Below are positions 23,195 to 33,055 of a stretch of DNA of 64,000 bases, piece by piece; the stretch's first letter is position 1, and every line of letters begins with the position of its first letter. The notes beneath the pieces were generated by a model, which saw only the letters and a program-made list of their open reading frames with translations, ran no database searches and was not told the origin of the DNA. Both the position numbers and the translations under genes were made by a program. Origin of the DNA: Patescibacteria group bacterium. Lineage in GTDB: Bacteria > Patescibacteriota > Patescibacteriia > UBA9570. The DNA lies in assembly GCA_024277435.1 (NCBI GenBank), contig JAJRVJ010000005.1, positions 25,747-89,746 of the forward strand. Reading direction: 5' to 3'.

Positions 23195-26100
23195 TTAAGT
23201 AAAATCATCTGGATCCCATGCTCCCGCAAGTGGATCATCTTCAGCAATTTCTTCAGGCGCAGTTTCAGGAGCGGCTGACGGGAAACGATCAGGATCAATA
23301 ATTTGTAACCAGGTATCAGGAATTGCTGACTTAATAGCCCCGCGTGTATGCTCAGACCATCCTGCCCATACCATTGCCAACGCATCACGTACGGCGGTAT
23401 CATCAGCTGCAGCGCGTTGTTCAATATATGTTCTAAAATGATCGACATCATCAATGTGCTCTGGACGATACAATTGCTCACCATCAGCAATCTCTTGATC
23501 CCACATCGCAAACATGAAGCGTTCACGATTTTGACCTAGCTGATCCATTGAAATAGGCCCTAATTCGGAAAGTACACTTGAAAATTCAGATTGCCTCCAT
23601 GCCACATCTTCACGTATACCTATGTCACGCTGTCCCACGATGCGACGACGAACACGATCACGTAACCGATCATAATGCCCCTCTGCTTTCGCCCAATCTA
23701 TAAATGCAGTAAGAGCTTCTTCCTGTTCAGAATCTGGGCCTAAAAAAGCATCATACGTATTTCCTACTTGTATCGCCTTCAATAATGCGTCTGTATCCTC
23801 GCTCGTAAGAAATTCTTCTTGAAGCTCTTGTAAGCGTCGAGCAACTTCCTCAGTAAGCTCTGGAGCGCCTGTAGATTCTAGTTCCTCAGGTTGAGCGAAA
23901 GGAAAGTCTTCAGCTGGCGGCGCTTCAGTAAACCATTCATGTGGTATTTCTAGAACGCGTTTAAAATATAAAACCTCTCCTGCATCATCAGAAATTGCAG
24001 CCCAAATACGACGGCGTAATTCTGGTAATTCACCGGCAGATTCTAATTCTCGATAAAATTCCGAAAAGACAGCCACTTCTCTAGATGAAATTGGTGATAA
24101 AATTCCACCTCTCTCATAACTACCTCGTACATTAGTTGCAAAAATAGCTTTCTGACGCTGCTCCAGCTTATCGCTATCAGGAACAACAATATCAGCAACA
24201 AAATCACCCATACCAACAACTCTCCACGCTCGAGTAGTATTTATACCGTTAGAAAGATTATCTTTCACCATTTTTTGAACCCCAGTTCGTAATACATCTA
24301 ATTTACCGTTCTGTTCTGCCCATAAGCGTACTTGCGGCCATACTGCACGATCTTCTTCGTTATTAAAGGGAAACATAATAATACTTCCGCGCTCAAGTTG
24401 GTCAACAATCCTATCAAACGCTTCTCTATATCCTTCGGGAAGGCTTTGGCGTGGATCAGCCTCTGGCACTACAGGCGGCGCCTCTGCTGAAACTTGTTCT
24501 GGTGTTGCAGGAGTAGAAAAATCTGGTGGAGAAGCAGGTCCGCTAGGGGGCGCTGAAAAATCAGGAGGTGAGGTTGGCGCTGATGGCGTACCGAACGTTG
24601 GTGAAGCAACAGGTGTTCCAAAACTAAGTGGAGCAACCGGACCACCTCCTAGTCCACTTAAACCAACTGCGCTAGATGATGCTGAAGGTTTAATAACAAC
24701 CTTCGGAGCTGGTGCTTTAGGGGCGGCTGGCTTAGCTGGAGTTTTTGGTGTTGAAACAGCGGCGGTTGGCACCGAGGTTGTAGTATCAAAAATATCATAT
24801 CCTGCTACAGCATTCGCAACCACTTGACGAATCCTTGCGTTGTTAATACGAGGCACTAACCCGGTTGTTAAAAAACTGGCTGGCGGACCAGATACAGCAG
24901 CATGCTTATCTTCACCCGGCAATACTTCTATTGATCGCACTAACCGCTCCATAGCTGCTAATCCTGCATCACTTGTAAATGCGAATGGTAATGGATAATC
25001 AACTGAGGCATCAGTAACTGCGCCATGGTGACGCAATCGTTCCATAATATACTCACGCACTTTCACATTTGGGAACGCTAAATCAAATCGCACCACTAAT
25101 TCTGCTAAACGAAATAACTCCGTCACGTTTGTAAATTTTTGCATAATATCTGCACGCGCCCCATCAATAATTGCATTACCTGGCTCCACAGCAATAAAGT
25201 CGTTAAACCCATGCTGCATATCAATTAACGAGGTACGTAATCCACGGATATTACTTTGTAACGTACTTACACTTAAATCATTGCCACGATCAATCATTAA
25301 TTGCGAAACCACATCTACTAACGGACCAGGACTAGTAGCATCGGTAGATAAATAATTCTGCAAACCAGTTACCACAGCTGTATCTAATTGATCTGGATAC
25401 GGTGCCACCGTGGATTCTACGCCATTCAAAAATGGCTCGAAAGCACCATCGTACTGATCAGCATCGATATCCTGGTAAAACAAATCTCCCTCACCACCCT
25501 CATACCATTGTCGCGCCTCTATAACTTGCGTAACTATTGTACGAAGATCACGGCGTAATGTAGTTGCACTCTCTAGGAAATCAACACCTATATCACCATT
25601 CGTATTTACAGTTGTCATTACATCTTTCACACGCTCCGTTACACTCTGCTCTGCGGCATGTAAACGAGCATGACGTTGTCGTAATTCTAGCAACATTCCA
25701 GCTGGACGATCTCCTGTGTGTTCCTCTTCAGCAGCAGTTACTTCAGGATGTGAAAAATCACGCCCCTTGATACTATCTGGCACATACATTTCTGGTGAAC
25801 GTGGGGTGCGTCGCGTTTGCAAATTTTCCATGTTATATGGAGTGAGCTCTTCCTCAAGAAATGTACTTACTACAGCCTGACGCAATTCAGTATTTGTACC
25901 CTCCGAAACCTCACCTGCTAATTCACTTACGTTATGCATGATATCTTCTACTGCAAGTGTGTCAGCTAACTGCATTGTCACTTCACCGCCCCTAAAGAAT
26001 ATTTCTGCCAAACGATCGTTATTAATTGCTGAATTTAGACCAATGCTATCATTATACGTATACACGCTTAATTGCGATGCATGATTCAATGCTCCTGGTG

Positions 26101-28384
26101 GTAAATCAAATAACGACTCAGAAAATAACGACTCACTCGCCGTAAATATAGGAGTTCCGTCTGCTGGATTCAGTATTGTTACCATCCCTGTATTTGCATC
26201 AATGGTAATTGAAAAAGTATCTTCACCAATTTGAAATGGTTGTGCACTTCCATCAACAACACTTACCGTATTCGTTGTTTCAATAAGAGCCTCCCCAAGT
26301 GGCACACCATATTCCGTAATATCTATATGGTTTACTGTTTCACCAGTAGCGCTTATAAAATCTATTCTACTTCCATCTGGCGTAGCTTCTATTCCTACAG
26401 TGCGAATATCTACCCCCTCTGGAACCGGAATGATAGCATCTTGCACCATACCATCAGTGGTGTCACTAATAATAATTTCTGTACCACTCGCCGACAATGT
26501 AGCTATTCGATCACCACCAATATCAATCATGGCTGGCGCAGCTCCTTCAGGCCAAGCCGGTGGTGCACTTACTGGTTCAGTGTGCGGGAATGCCGCATCC
26601 AATACTAACGATACGGCTGACGCTGCAGCTCCACCAAGTAACGTGCCCTTGAGAATTTGTGTAAGCTCACCTTTACGAAGTTGTCCCTTAAATTTGCTTT
26701 CAACTTTCTCAATCAATTTCTTCCGTTTCTGATCTTCACGAATCATAGCATCTTGTAATTGTTTACGCGATTCATCTTCAAGCGTATCCATAAATGCAGT
26801 CACTTCAGAAAGCGCTCCCTCTAATTGTTGTGCGAACTGTAAGATAGCTGCGTCACGATTTTGATATCCAAAGCCAATGTAATCCTGCTCCCCACTTTTA
26901 CGTGAACGACGCATGCGCCCATGCGCGTCAGAAATTGTTCCATACAATACTAATACAGTATCATGTAATTCATTTTTTCGTTCGCGTAACTCAATTTCAT
27001 CATTTACAGAGTGTACTCCAAGTGGAGGTGCCTCCCCCTTTTTTCGCGCTTTAGCTTCTTGACTACGCGCTGCCCTCCATTTTTGCTCTGCATTCTTCAC
27101 TTCTTGTTCTGCTTTTTTTACAGCCATAACCTGCGCATCAAGAACTTGCACAATACGCTCAGCGCTGCGTACCACTTCATATTCTTCCTTGCCAACCTTT
27201 ACAGTGTATTCACGTGAACCAATAGCTGCATCTAATCGCTTCCGACGCTTCCGCTTTCGTGAATTCATTACTGCTCGTGCAAAACCAGCTACCGTACCTA
27301 AGCCTGCAGCAATAATTAAGCCAGTACCGCCAGTAAGCGCGCCTACACCCGCTGTAACACCTATTGTAAATTTTGCGCCTCCCCTTATTCCCACTGTCCA
27401 AGCGGTACCAGATGTTACAATGCGTTTCCCCCCATCAATAACTAACTGTAGCGCTGCTGGATAATCTCTATCAACTTCCTTTTCAATTACCTTTGAAGTA
27501 ACTGTGGCCTGCGCAGTTTCGGCTGCTAAATTTACTAGTTGATCTCGCAATAATACAGCCCAATGCTTATGAATAGCGTTTTTAATTTTAAATGCCTTAT
27601 TACCAGACTTCATTTCTGGAGTAGTGAAATCGAGTATCCCAAACGAACCTCCTAAATCGTACTCATTATTGCCGTGAATATTAATATGGCCAATAATCTG
27701 CTGGATACCATTAGTATATTCAGTATGCGCTAATACCTGAGCCACACTTATTTCACCGGCTTGAAATTCAGTAATAATTCGACGTAACTTCTTACCGCCC
27801 ATCTCCATATAATCTTCGAGACGCTTCCTATCAATTGCTCTGGTAATTGCCGATTCCAAAGCGGTATTCATATAACTCGTACGTTGACGAATCTCCGCTT
27901 TTTTCTTCGCTACATCACCAAAGTGCCTACTTTTACCAAAAGCCGAAAACGAAATATCATTCACTCCTAAATCTCTGCCCAACTCTTTCATTGCACCTGC
28001 AGTAAAACGATATAACCAACCAGACTGCGTCATGTTTTCGGCATGAGCATAATCCGATTCTGTTTTAGCTTCTAGTGAAATTTGCACTTCCAAATCACGT
28101 ACGGCATCACGTAGTATTTCGGATGAAATACCATGCTCATTCACTAAACCAGCTAAACGTTCTAATACATAGTCATCATGATATATTCCAGACTCACGAA
28201 ATCTCTTACCAAGCGCCTCACGAATATCATCAGTTTTTACAACTTGTACCTCAGGTACCTCACGAGATCGACGGCTTTTTCGCTGTAAATCAACCTCCCT
28301 TTTACGTACTCGCACATCACGTTCACGCTGTTGAGCACCATGTCTGTGGGTTTGCCGCTTAACTTGTTGTTCAGCTGGTAACAT
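23195..28384 (-). CDS. giant orphan protein (1729 aa) with Gly/Ala-rich hydrophobic segments, coiled coil, Pro-rich linker and duplicated C-terminal domain
   Basis: Long ORF; hydrophobic GVTAGVGALTGGTGLIIAAGLG and LLGGAAASAVSLVL; SPPDFS repeats. Confidence 0.85.
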   Translation of the reverse strand: MLPAEQQVKRQTHRHGAQQRERDVRVRKREVDLQRKSRRSREVPEVQVVKTDDIREALGKRFRESGIYHDDYVLERLAGLVNEHGISSEILRDAVRDLEVQISLEAKTESDYAHAENMTQSGWLYRFTAGAMKELGRDLGVNDISFSAFGKSRHFGDVAKKKAEIRQRTSYMNTALESAITRAIDRKRLEDYMEMGGKKLRRIITEFQAGEISVAQVLAHTEYTNGIQQIIGHINIHGNNEYDLGGSFGILDFTTPEMKSGNKAFKIKNAIHKHWAVLLRDQLVNLAAETAQATVTSKVIEKEVDRDYPAALQLVIDGGKRIVTSGTAWTVGIRGGAKFTIGVTAGVGALTGGTGLIIAAGLGTVAGFARAVMNSRKRKRRKRLDAAIGSREYTVKVGKEEYEVVRSAERIVQVLDAQVMAVKKAEQEVKNAEQKWRAARSQEAKARKKGEAPPLGVHSVNDEIELRERKNELHDTVLVLYGTISDAHGRMRRSRKSGEQDYIGFGYQNRDAAILQFAQQLEGALSEVTAFMDTLEDESRKQLQDAMIREDQKRKKLIEKVESKFKGQLRKGELTQILKGTLLGGAAASAVSLVLDAAFPHTEPVSAPPAWPEGAAPAMIDIGGDRIATLSASGTEIIISDTTDGMVQDAIIPVPEGVDIRTVGIEATPDGSRIDFISATGETVNHIDITEYGVPLGEALIETTNTVSVVDGSAQPFQIGEDTFSITIDANTGMVTILNPADGTPIFTASESLFSESLFDLPPGALNHASQLSVYTYNDSIGLNSAINNDRLAEIFFRGGEVTMQLADTLAVEDIMHNVSELAGEVSEGTNTELRQAVVSTFLEEELTPYNMENLQTRRTPRSPEMYVPDSIKGRDFSHPEVTAAEEEHTGDRPAGMLLELRQRHARLHAAEQSVTERVKDVMTTVNTNGDIGVDFLESATTLRRDLRTIVTQVIEARQWYEGGEGDLFYQDIDADQYDGAFEPFLNGVESTVAPYPDQLDTAVVTGLQNYLSTDATSPGPLVDVVSQLMIDRGNDLSVSTLQSNIRGLRTSLIDMQHGFNDFIAVEPGNAIIDGARADIMQKFTNVTELFRLAELVVRFDLAFPNVKVREYIMERLRHHGAVTDASVDYPLPFAFTSDAGLAAMERLVRSIEVLPGEDKHAAVSGPPASFLTTGLVPRINNARIRQVVANAVAGYDIFDTTTSVPTAAVSTPKTPAKPAAPKAPAPKVVIKPSASSSAVGLSGLGGGPVAPLSFGTPVASPTFGTPSAPTSPPDFSAPPSGPASPPDFSTPATPEQVSAEAPPVVPEADPRQSLPEGYREAFDRIVDQLERGSIIMFPFNNEEDRAVWPQVRLWAEQNGKLDVLRTGVQKMVKDNLSNGINTTRAWRVVGMGDFVADIVVPDSDKLEQRQKAIFATNVRGSYERGGILSPISSREVAVFSEFYRELESAGELPELRRRIWAAISDDAGEVLYFKRVLEIPHEWFTEAPPAEDFPFAQPEELESTGAPELTEEVARRLQELQEEFLTSEDTDALLKAIQVGNTYDAFLGPDSEQEEALTAFIDWAKAEGHYDRLRDRVRRRIVGQRDIGIREDVAWRQSEFSSVLSELGPISMDQLGQNRERFMFAMWDQEIADGEQLYRPEHIDDVDHFRTYIEQRAAADDTAVRDALAMVWAGWSEHTRGAIKSAIPDTWLQIIDPDRFPSAAPETAPEEIAEDDPLAGAWDPDDFT

Positions 28385-28386
28385 AA

Positions 28387-28701
28387 TTAACTATCTTGTT
28401 TACACAACGTTATGTATTCTTCTTCAAAATGCTCTAACACCTCAAGTAACTTACCTTGTATTACCGGGGCTTGATCACCAAGAAATTCTTCTAGTTCTTT
28501 CTGCTCTACACCGCGCTCTAGTAAAGAACCGTATCGTACACGATCTTCAGCTGATAATTCCTGTAATACTGCAGCATCAAACTTCTGTTCAAGCTGAATG
28601 TACAGATCCATAATCATTTTTTCTTCCAGTTGCTCTGGAAGCTCCACATCATGAGCTTTATGCAGTAATTGGCGTATGCGCTCTACTAAACGTGGGTCCA
28701 T
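28387..28701 (-). CDS. small acidic helical protein, DUF5663-like
   Basis: LPE..EEKMI.DL..QLE.......L.ELS.ED...Y..LL pattern; ends 2 nt before the giant ORF. Confidence 0.6.
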   Translation of the reverse strand: MDPRLVERIRQLLHKAHDVELPEQLEEKMIMDLYIQLEQKFDAAVLQELSAEDRVRYGSLLERGVEQKELEEFLGDQAPVIQGKLLEVLEHFEEEYITLCKQDS

Positions 28702-28744
28702 ATATTAGTAAACATTATATAATTTCGATAAAGATTAACGAAAG

Positions 28745-28773
28745 ACAATAACACAAGATGACAACTTTGTCAA
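28745..28773 (-). promoter_or_regulatory. sigma70 promoter with an overlapping palindrome
   Basis: TTGACA-N17-TATTGT; TGACAA-N2-TTGTCA at 28759-28772 overlaps the -35. Confidence 0.6.
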
Positions 28774-28832
28774 TAGTTATTGCAAGTATATCATGTTTTG
28801 TAGGGGTCGCATACTATATAACCCATATACAA

Positions 28833-29390
28833 TTACCGTAATTCAAAATAGGCTCCAAAATTTACACTATCCCCTCCTCGATGAGAAAAATAGGTACCAT
28901 TATCACATTTTGTGCATACATCAACCAGTGCTATACGGTCATCCGTAACCCCATATTCTCTAGCCTGCACATAATTCTCTTGTTTAATATCAATATCTTC
29001 ATAACAACACGCCCCAATCGCCGGACCAATCGCAACGCGCACGGTTTCTGAATTAAACTCCTGAAGTACAACGGTAAGTATTTCTCGAATTGTACCCTGA
29101 AAACCCGCATGCACAACACCTCCGGAATGCGTAGATGGATCGTAAAGAATAATTGGCGTACAATCCGATACACCAACCCGCAATCGCAAGCCCACCTCTT
29201 TTGTAAGTAATGCATCCGTTTGAGAAACCGGTACCAATGTAGCGCTATCTACCCAGGCAAATGTATTGTGATGCACTTGCTCAGCAATAACGTCGTATTG
29301 TTGCAAATGCTCTGAATGTCGATTAGAAATTCCATGATCAATATTAAAATCTTCGAACAACGAAAATGTTAAAAGATCATTATTTCTCAT
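28833..29390 (-). CDS. YfiH/PgeF (laccase-domain, purine nucleoside enzyme) family protein
   Basis: EQVH, DCTPI, HAG, IGPAIGACCYE, CTKC..YFSHR. Confidence 0.9.
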   Translation of the reverse strand: MRNNDLLTFSLFEDFNIDHGISNRHSEHLQQYDVIAEQVHHNTFAWVDSATLVPVSQTDALLTKEVGLRLRVGVSDCTPIILYDPSTHSGGVVHAGFQGTIREILTVVLQEFNSETVRVAIGPAIGACCYEDIDIKQENYVQAREYGVTDDRIALVDVCTKCDNGTYFSHRGGDSVNFGAYFELR

Positions 29391-30536
29391 TTACTTTTCG
29401 TTACCAATACTTTCATATACCTTGAGGGTTTCTTTAGCGCACTTATCCCAAGAAAAATTCTTTGCTTGTGCCTTTCCAGCCTTGCTCAAACGATCTCGAG
29501 TAGCTTTACGTGCAACAACCTTATTTATTGCTTTGCGTAGTGCAATTAGTGAGTTTGGTTTTACTAATTCGGCCGCCTTACCAGCCACCTCTGGTAATGA
29601 TGAAATATTTGAAGTAATTACTGGTGTGCCATAACTCATTGCTTCTAACACGGGCAAACCAAATCCTTCATACAATGATGGAAATAGAAATGCCTCTGCT
29701 CCATGCATCAGTGCAACCTTATCGCTTTGTGATAAATATCCCAAATAACGAATCTTTCCAGACTTTGCCTCTTGAATAGCTTTGTAATTTTCCTCAAAAC
29801 GATATCCTTTAGCTCCAGCAATCACTAACTGTACATCCTTATATTTCTTTGGATTTTTTACCGCAACCGTATCAAATGCCTCGATAATACCGGCGATATT
29901 TTTACGCGGCTCCAACGTTCCTACATATAATAAGTAGCGGCTTTGTAAATTATGTTTTTTTACCACCTGCCGTATTGTTAATTTCTTTGGTGCCTTCTCT
30001 TTTTCAATGCCTTCATGAACAACGACAAGTTTTTTCTTATCGACCTTAAATAATTTTCGAATGTCTTTAGCTGTAGATTCCGACACGGCAATAATACGAT
30101 CAGCTTTTTTTACACTTTTTGGTACTAATGTATTTACTGAAAAATCTTGTTTTGGCGGAAACCATTCCGGATGATTATAAATTGCCAAATCATGAACAGT
30201 AACCACTGAGGGTTTTTTATACTGCAGTGGTATTACATTAGCTGGCGCATGAAACACATCAAGCTTCGCTTTATTTAATACACTACTTACAAATGAATGC
30301 GAATATACGTAGGGGAAAAACTTCTTATACTCCGAGAATGCAAATTTAACTACCTCTGTATTCTTACGTTCAAACTGCTTGAGATTAGGTGCGCGATGAT
30401 CGAAAAATAATACATAGGTATTTTTCTTATCATGCTTTAATAAATATTTCACTAAGAAATAAGTGTAATGACCCACTCCAGCCTTTTCACCATGCTCCGG
30501 ACTTAAAATAGTTCTACAATCAATACCTATTCTCAT
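29391..30536 (-). CDS. glycosyltransferase family 4
   Basis: TVHDL, VGTLEPRKN, FPSLYEGFGLPVLEAM. Confidence 0.93.
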   Translation of the reverse strand: MRIGIDCRTILSPEHGEKAGVGHYTYFLVKYLLKHDKKNTYVLFFDHRAPNLKQFERKNTEVVKFAFSEYKKFFPYVYSHSFVSSVLNKAKLDVFHAPANVIPLQYKKPSVVTVHDLAIYNHPEWFPPKQDFSVNTLVPKSVKKADRIIAVSESTAKDIRKLFKVDKKKLVVVHEGIEKEKAPKKLTIRQVVKKHNLQSRYLLYVGTLEPRKNIAGIIEAFDTVAVKNPKKYKDVQLVIAGAKGYRFEENYKAIQEAKSGKIRYLGYLSQSDKVALMHGAEAFLFPSLYEGFGLPVLEAMSYGTPVITSNISSLPEVAGKAAELVKPNSLIALRKAINKVVARKATRDRLSKAGKAQAKNFSWDKCAKETLKVYESIGNEK

Positions 30537-30592
30537 TTATTTTTTGTTTCTATTCTTAATTATATTTTACTACCCTCTCCAACTACACTCTA

Positions 30593-32239
30593 TTACATTT
30601 TATCTGGCGCAGAAATACCCATTAATGCCAAGGTATTTGCTAGTACAATTTTAGCGGCCTGTGCCATCTGGGCGCGCGAAGCATTTACTGCATCATCTTC
30701 AATAATACGGCTACTCGCATAGAACTTATGAAATGCTCTAGCAACTTCTAGTGCATACTGTGGTAGCTTATGAACCCCGTACGATTGACTAACATCCTCA
30801 ACAACTTCTGGTAACTGAAATAACAACTTCGTTAAATGCTCTTCTGCAGAATTTGTATACGTAATTGGCGCACTCTCAATATCTCCAGCCTTATCTAGAA
30901 CACTCGCGATTCGCGCATGCGCATATTGCACATAATACACTGGGTTCTTATCCGATTCTTCTCGTGCAAGACTTAAATCAAAATCCATATGCGTATTTGC
31001 ATCATGCATCAAGAAAAACCACCGCACTACATCAAGACCAACTTCATCAATAAGTTCCTCAAGCGTAACAAACGTACCCTTACGCTTAGACATCTTTAAT
31101 TCCTTACCATTGAATATTAAGCGTACGAGTTGCGTGAAAATGATATCCATTTTTCCTTCATGACCAATCGCCTTCGAAGCTGCCTCCATTCGCCCTTTAT
31201 ATCCATGATGATCGGCACCTAATAACCACACCCAATGATCAATCTTGCGATCGACGTATTTATCGAGAAGATATAAAAGGTCTGAATAAAAATAGGTGTG
31301 CTCGCCGTTCTTTTTTACAATTACACGATCCTTATCATCGCCAAACTGTGAGGAGTTAAAAAACAATGCGCCATCTTGTTCATATACAAGATTATTATCA
31401 CGTAAGAATTTTTCAGCACGATCTACATTTTTCTTCGTATGTAATGATTTTTCCGATTTCCACACATCATACTGAATATCAAGTTTTTGTTCGCAAATCT
31501 CTTTGATACCATTAATCATTTCGTTAAGAGACCATTCCTTTACCTCATTGCGCATTTCTTGCATCGCTTCCTGGCTACCAAGCGGGGCATCTTTAAGCTT
31601 AATCTTCTTAGCAAGATCTTTAATATAATCACCCTTATATAAATCCTCAGGATAATCAATATTAATACCTTGTTCTTGCAAGTACCTACGCAGTACGGAC
31701 TCAGCTAACGTATCCACCTGAGCACCATAATCATTAATATAATATTCTGTAGTTACATTATAGCCACTTGATTTTAATACGCGCGCAATCACGTCACCGG
31801 TAAAACCACCACGACCATTCCCTAAATGAATTGGCCCAGTGGGATTGGCCGATAAAAATTCAACGAGGTATTCTTGTGGCTTACCATTTACCACGCCAAG
31901 GGTGTTCTTTCCATAATCAGCGCCCTGTTCTAATATTAGGCGCATTCCGCCAGCTAAAAACCGTTCATTCACGAAGAAATTAATAAAGCCTGGCTTTACA
32001 ACCTCCACAGTATCTACACCCTCCATATCAATATACTCCTTTATCTCCTCACCAATATCCATAGGACTCTTCTTCAAAATCTTTGCTAATGCCATAGCAA
32101 GATTAGTAGCATAATCTCCATGATCCTTATGTACTGGATACGTAATATCAAATTTTGGTAACTGAACATCTGGCCATACGTGATTGGCTTTTAGTTCGTC
32201 TACCACTCGTTCTAATTTATCTTTAATAACTTGCTTCAT
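30593..32239 (-). CDS. argS: arginine--tRNA ligase
   Basis: HGDYATN, EFLSANPTGPIHLGNGR, GADHHGY, MSKRKG, YYVQYAHAR; ATG at 32239. Confidence 0.97.
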   Translation of the reverse strand: MKQVIKDKLERVVDELKANHVWPDVQLPKFDITYPVHKDHGDYATNLAMALAKILKKSPMDIGEEIKEYIDMEGVDTVEVVKPGFINFFVNERFLAGGMRLILEQGADYGKNTLGVVNGKPQEYLVEFLSANPTGPIHLGNGRGGFTGDVIARVLKSSGYNVTTEYYINDYGAQVDTLAESVLRRYLQEQGINIDYPEDLYKGDYIKDLAKKIKLKDAPLGSQEAMQEMRNEVKEWSLNEMINGIKEICEQKLDIQYDVWKSEKSLHTKKNVDRAEKFLRDNNLVYEQDGALFFNSSQFGDDKDRVIVKKNGEHTYFYSDLLYLLDKYVDRKIDHWVWLLGADHHGYKGRMEAASKAIGHEGKMDIIFTQLVRLIFNGKELKMSKRKGTFVTLEELIDEVGLDVVRWFFLMHDANTHMDFDLSLAREESDKNPVYYVQYAHARIASVLDKAGDIESAPITYTNSAEEHLTKLLFQLPEVVEDVSQSYGVHKLPQYALEVARAFHKFYASSRIIEDDAVNASRAQMAQAAKIVLANTLALMGISAPDKM

Positions 32240-32261
32240 CCGCTGCAGTATAGCGTGTTTT

Positions 32262-32648
32262 CTACACCTCCGCAATTATTTTTTGCAACGACTCTTCAAC
32301 ATGCTTTGCTACATCTGCAACCTTAGGATTATCTATGAAACCCATCGCCACACTTGGCCGAATTGCAGAAACAAATACCTCTCCAGCTTTCTCATACACT
32401 ATTACATTGCACGGCAGTAATAATCCAATCTCAATTTCATTATGAATGGCTTCATACGCAGATGGTGGATGACAGGCTCCTAAAATCACATAATTCTCCA
32501 TATCCTTTTCAAGTTTCTCTTGCATTTTTTCTCGAACATCAATTCTTGTGAGGATTCCAAATCCTTCGTCTGCGAGTAATATTGTTACACGCTCTATCGC
32601 TTCCTCAAACGCTAAATTTGTTTTTTTAGAAATGCCATAATGTTCCAT
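32262..32648 (-). CDS. DUF302 family protein
   Basis: GFGILTRID, ILGACHP, IGLLLPCNVIVYE. Confidence 0.9.
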   Translation of the reverse strand: MEHYGISKKTNLAFEEAIERVTILLADEGFGILTRIDVREKMQEKLEKDMENYVILGACHPPSAYEAIHNEIEIGLLLPCNVIVYEKAGEVFVSAIRPSVAMGFIDNPKVADVAKHVEESLQKIIAEV

Positions 32649-32697
32649 ACCATTGAATGTTATCAATTAACTATCTGTGTATACTTAGAATTAAATA

Positions 32698-33009
32698 CTA
32701 ATGTGAAAATAGAATTTCAGCAAGGACAAATACCAAAACCAATAAGCCAATTCCCATTACAAGAAACACTACTGGTGATCGCTCCTGCTTCCACATAACA
32801 GCAAATACTCCAATAATAAGTGCTGCTATGGCGCAGAGAACTGCCAGCACCATTGGAACGGCTAATTTAGGATTACTAAAAAAAGCATCTCCACCACGCT
32901 CTCCAATAGATACAAACACCATAAACATTCCATACATTACTGCGAAAAAACCAATTAAGCGAACTGACCACTTACCTAAGATTGTTGTTGGTACAAATTG
33001 CATCTTCAT
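32698..33009 (-). CDS. hypothetical 3-TM membrane protein
   Basis: Hydrophobic; PTT.LGKWS and ERS motifs. Confidence 0.7.
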   Translation of the reverse strand: MKMQFVPTTILGKWSVRLIGFFAVMYGMFMVFVSIGERGGDAFFSNPKLAVPMVLAVLCAIAALIIGVFAVMWKQERSPVVFLVMGIGLLVLVFVLAEILFSH

Positions 33010-33055
33010 AATTCACTCCTTATTATGATATTAAATACGTCTAGTACTTTTAGCG

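Noticed and set aside
24460-24780. Repeats that might be a CRISPR array or DGR-type repeat
   Set aside because: They are in-frame Pro-rich coding repeats; no spaced identical repeats, cas genes or reverse transcriptase in the window
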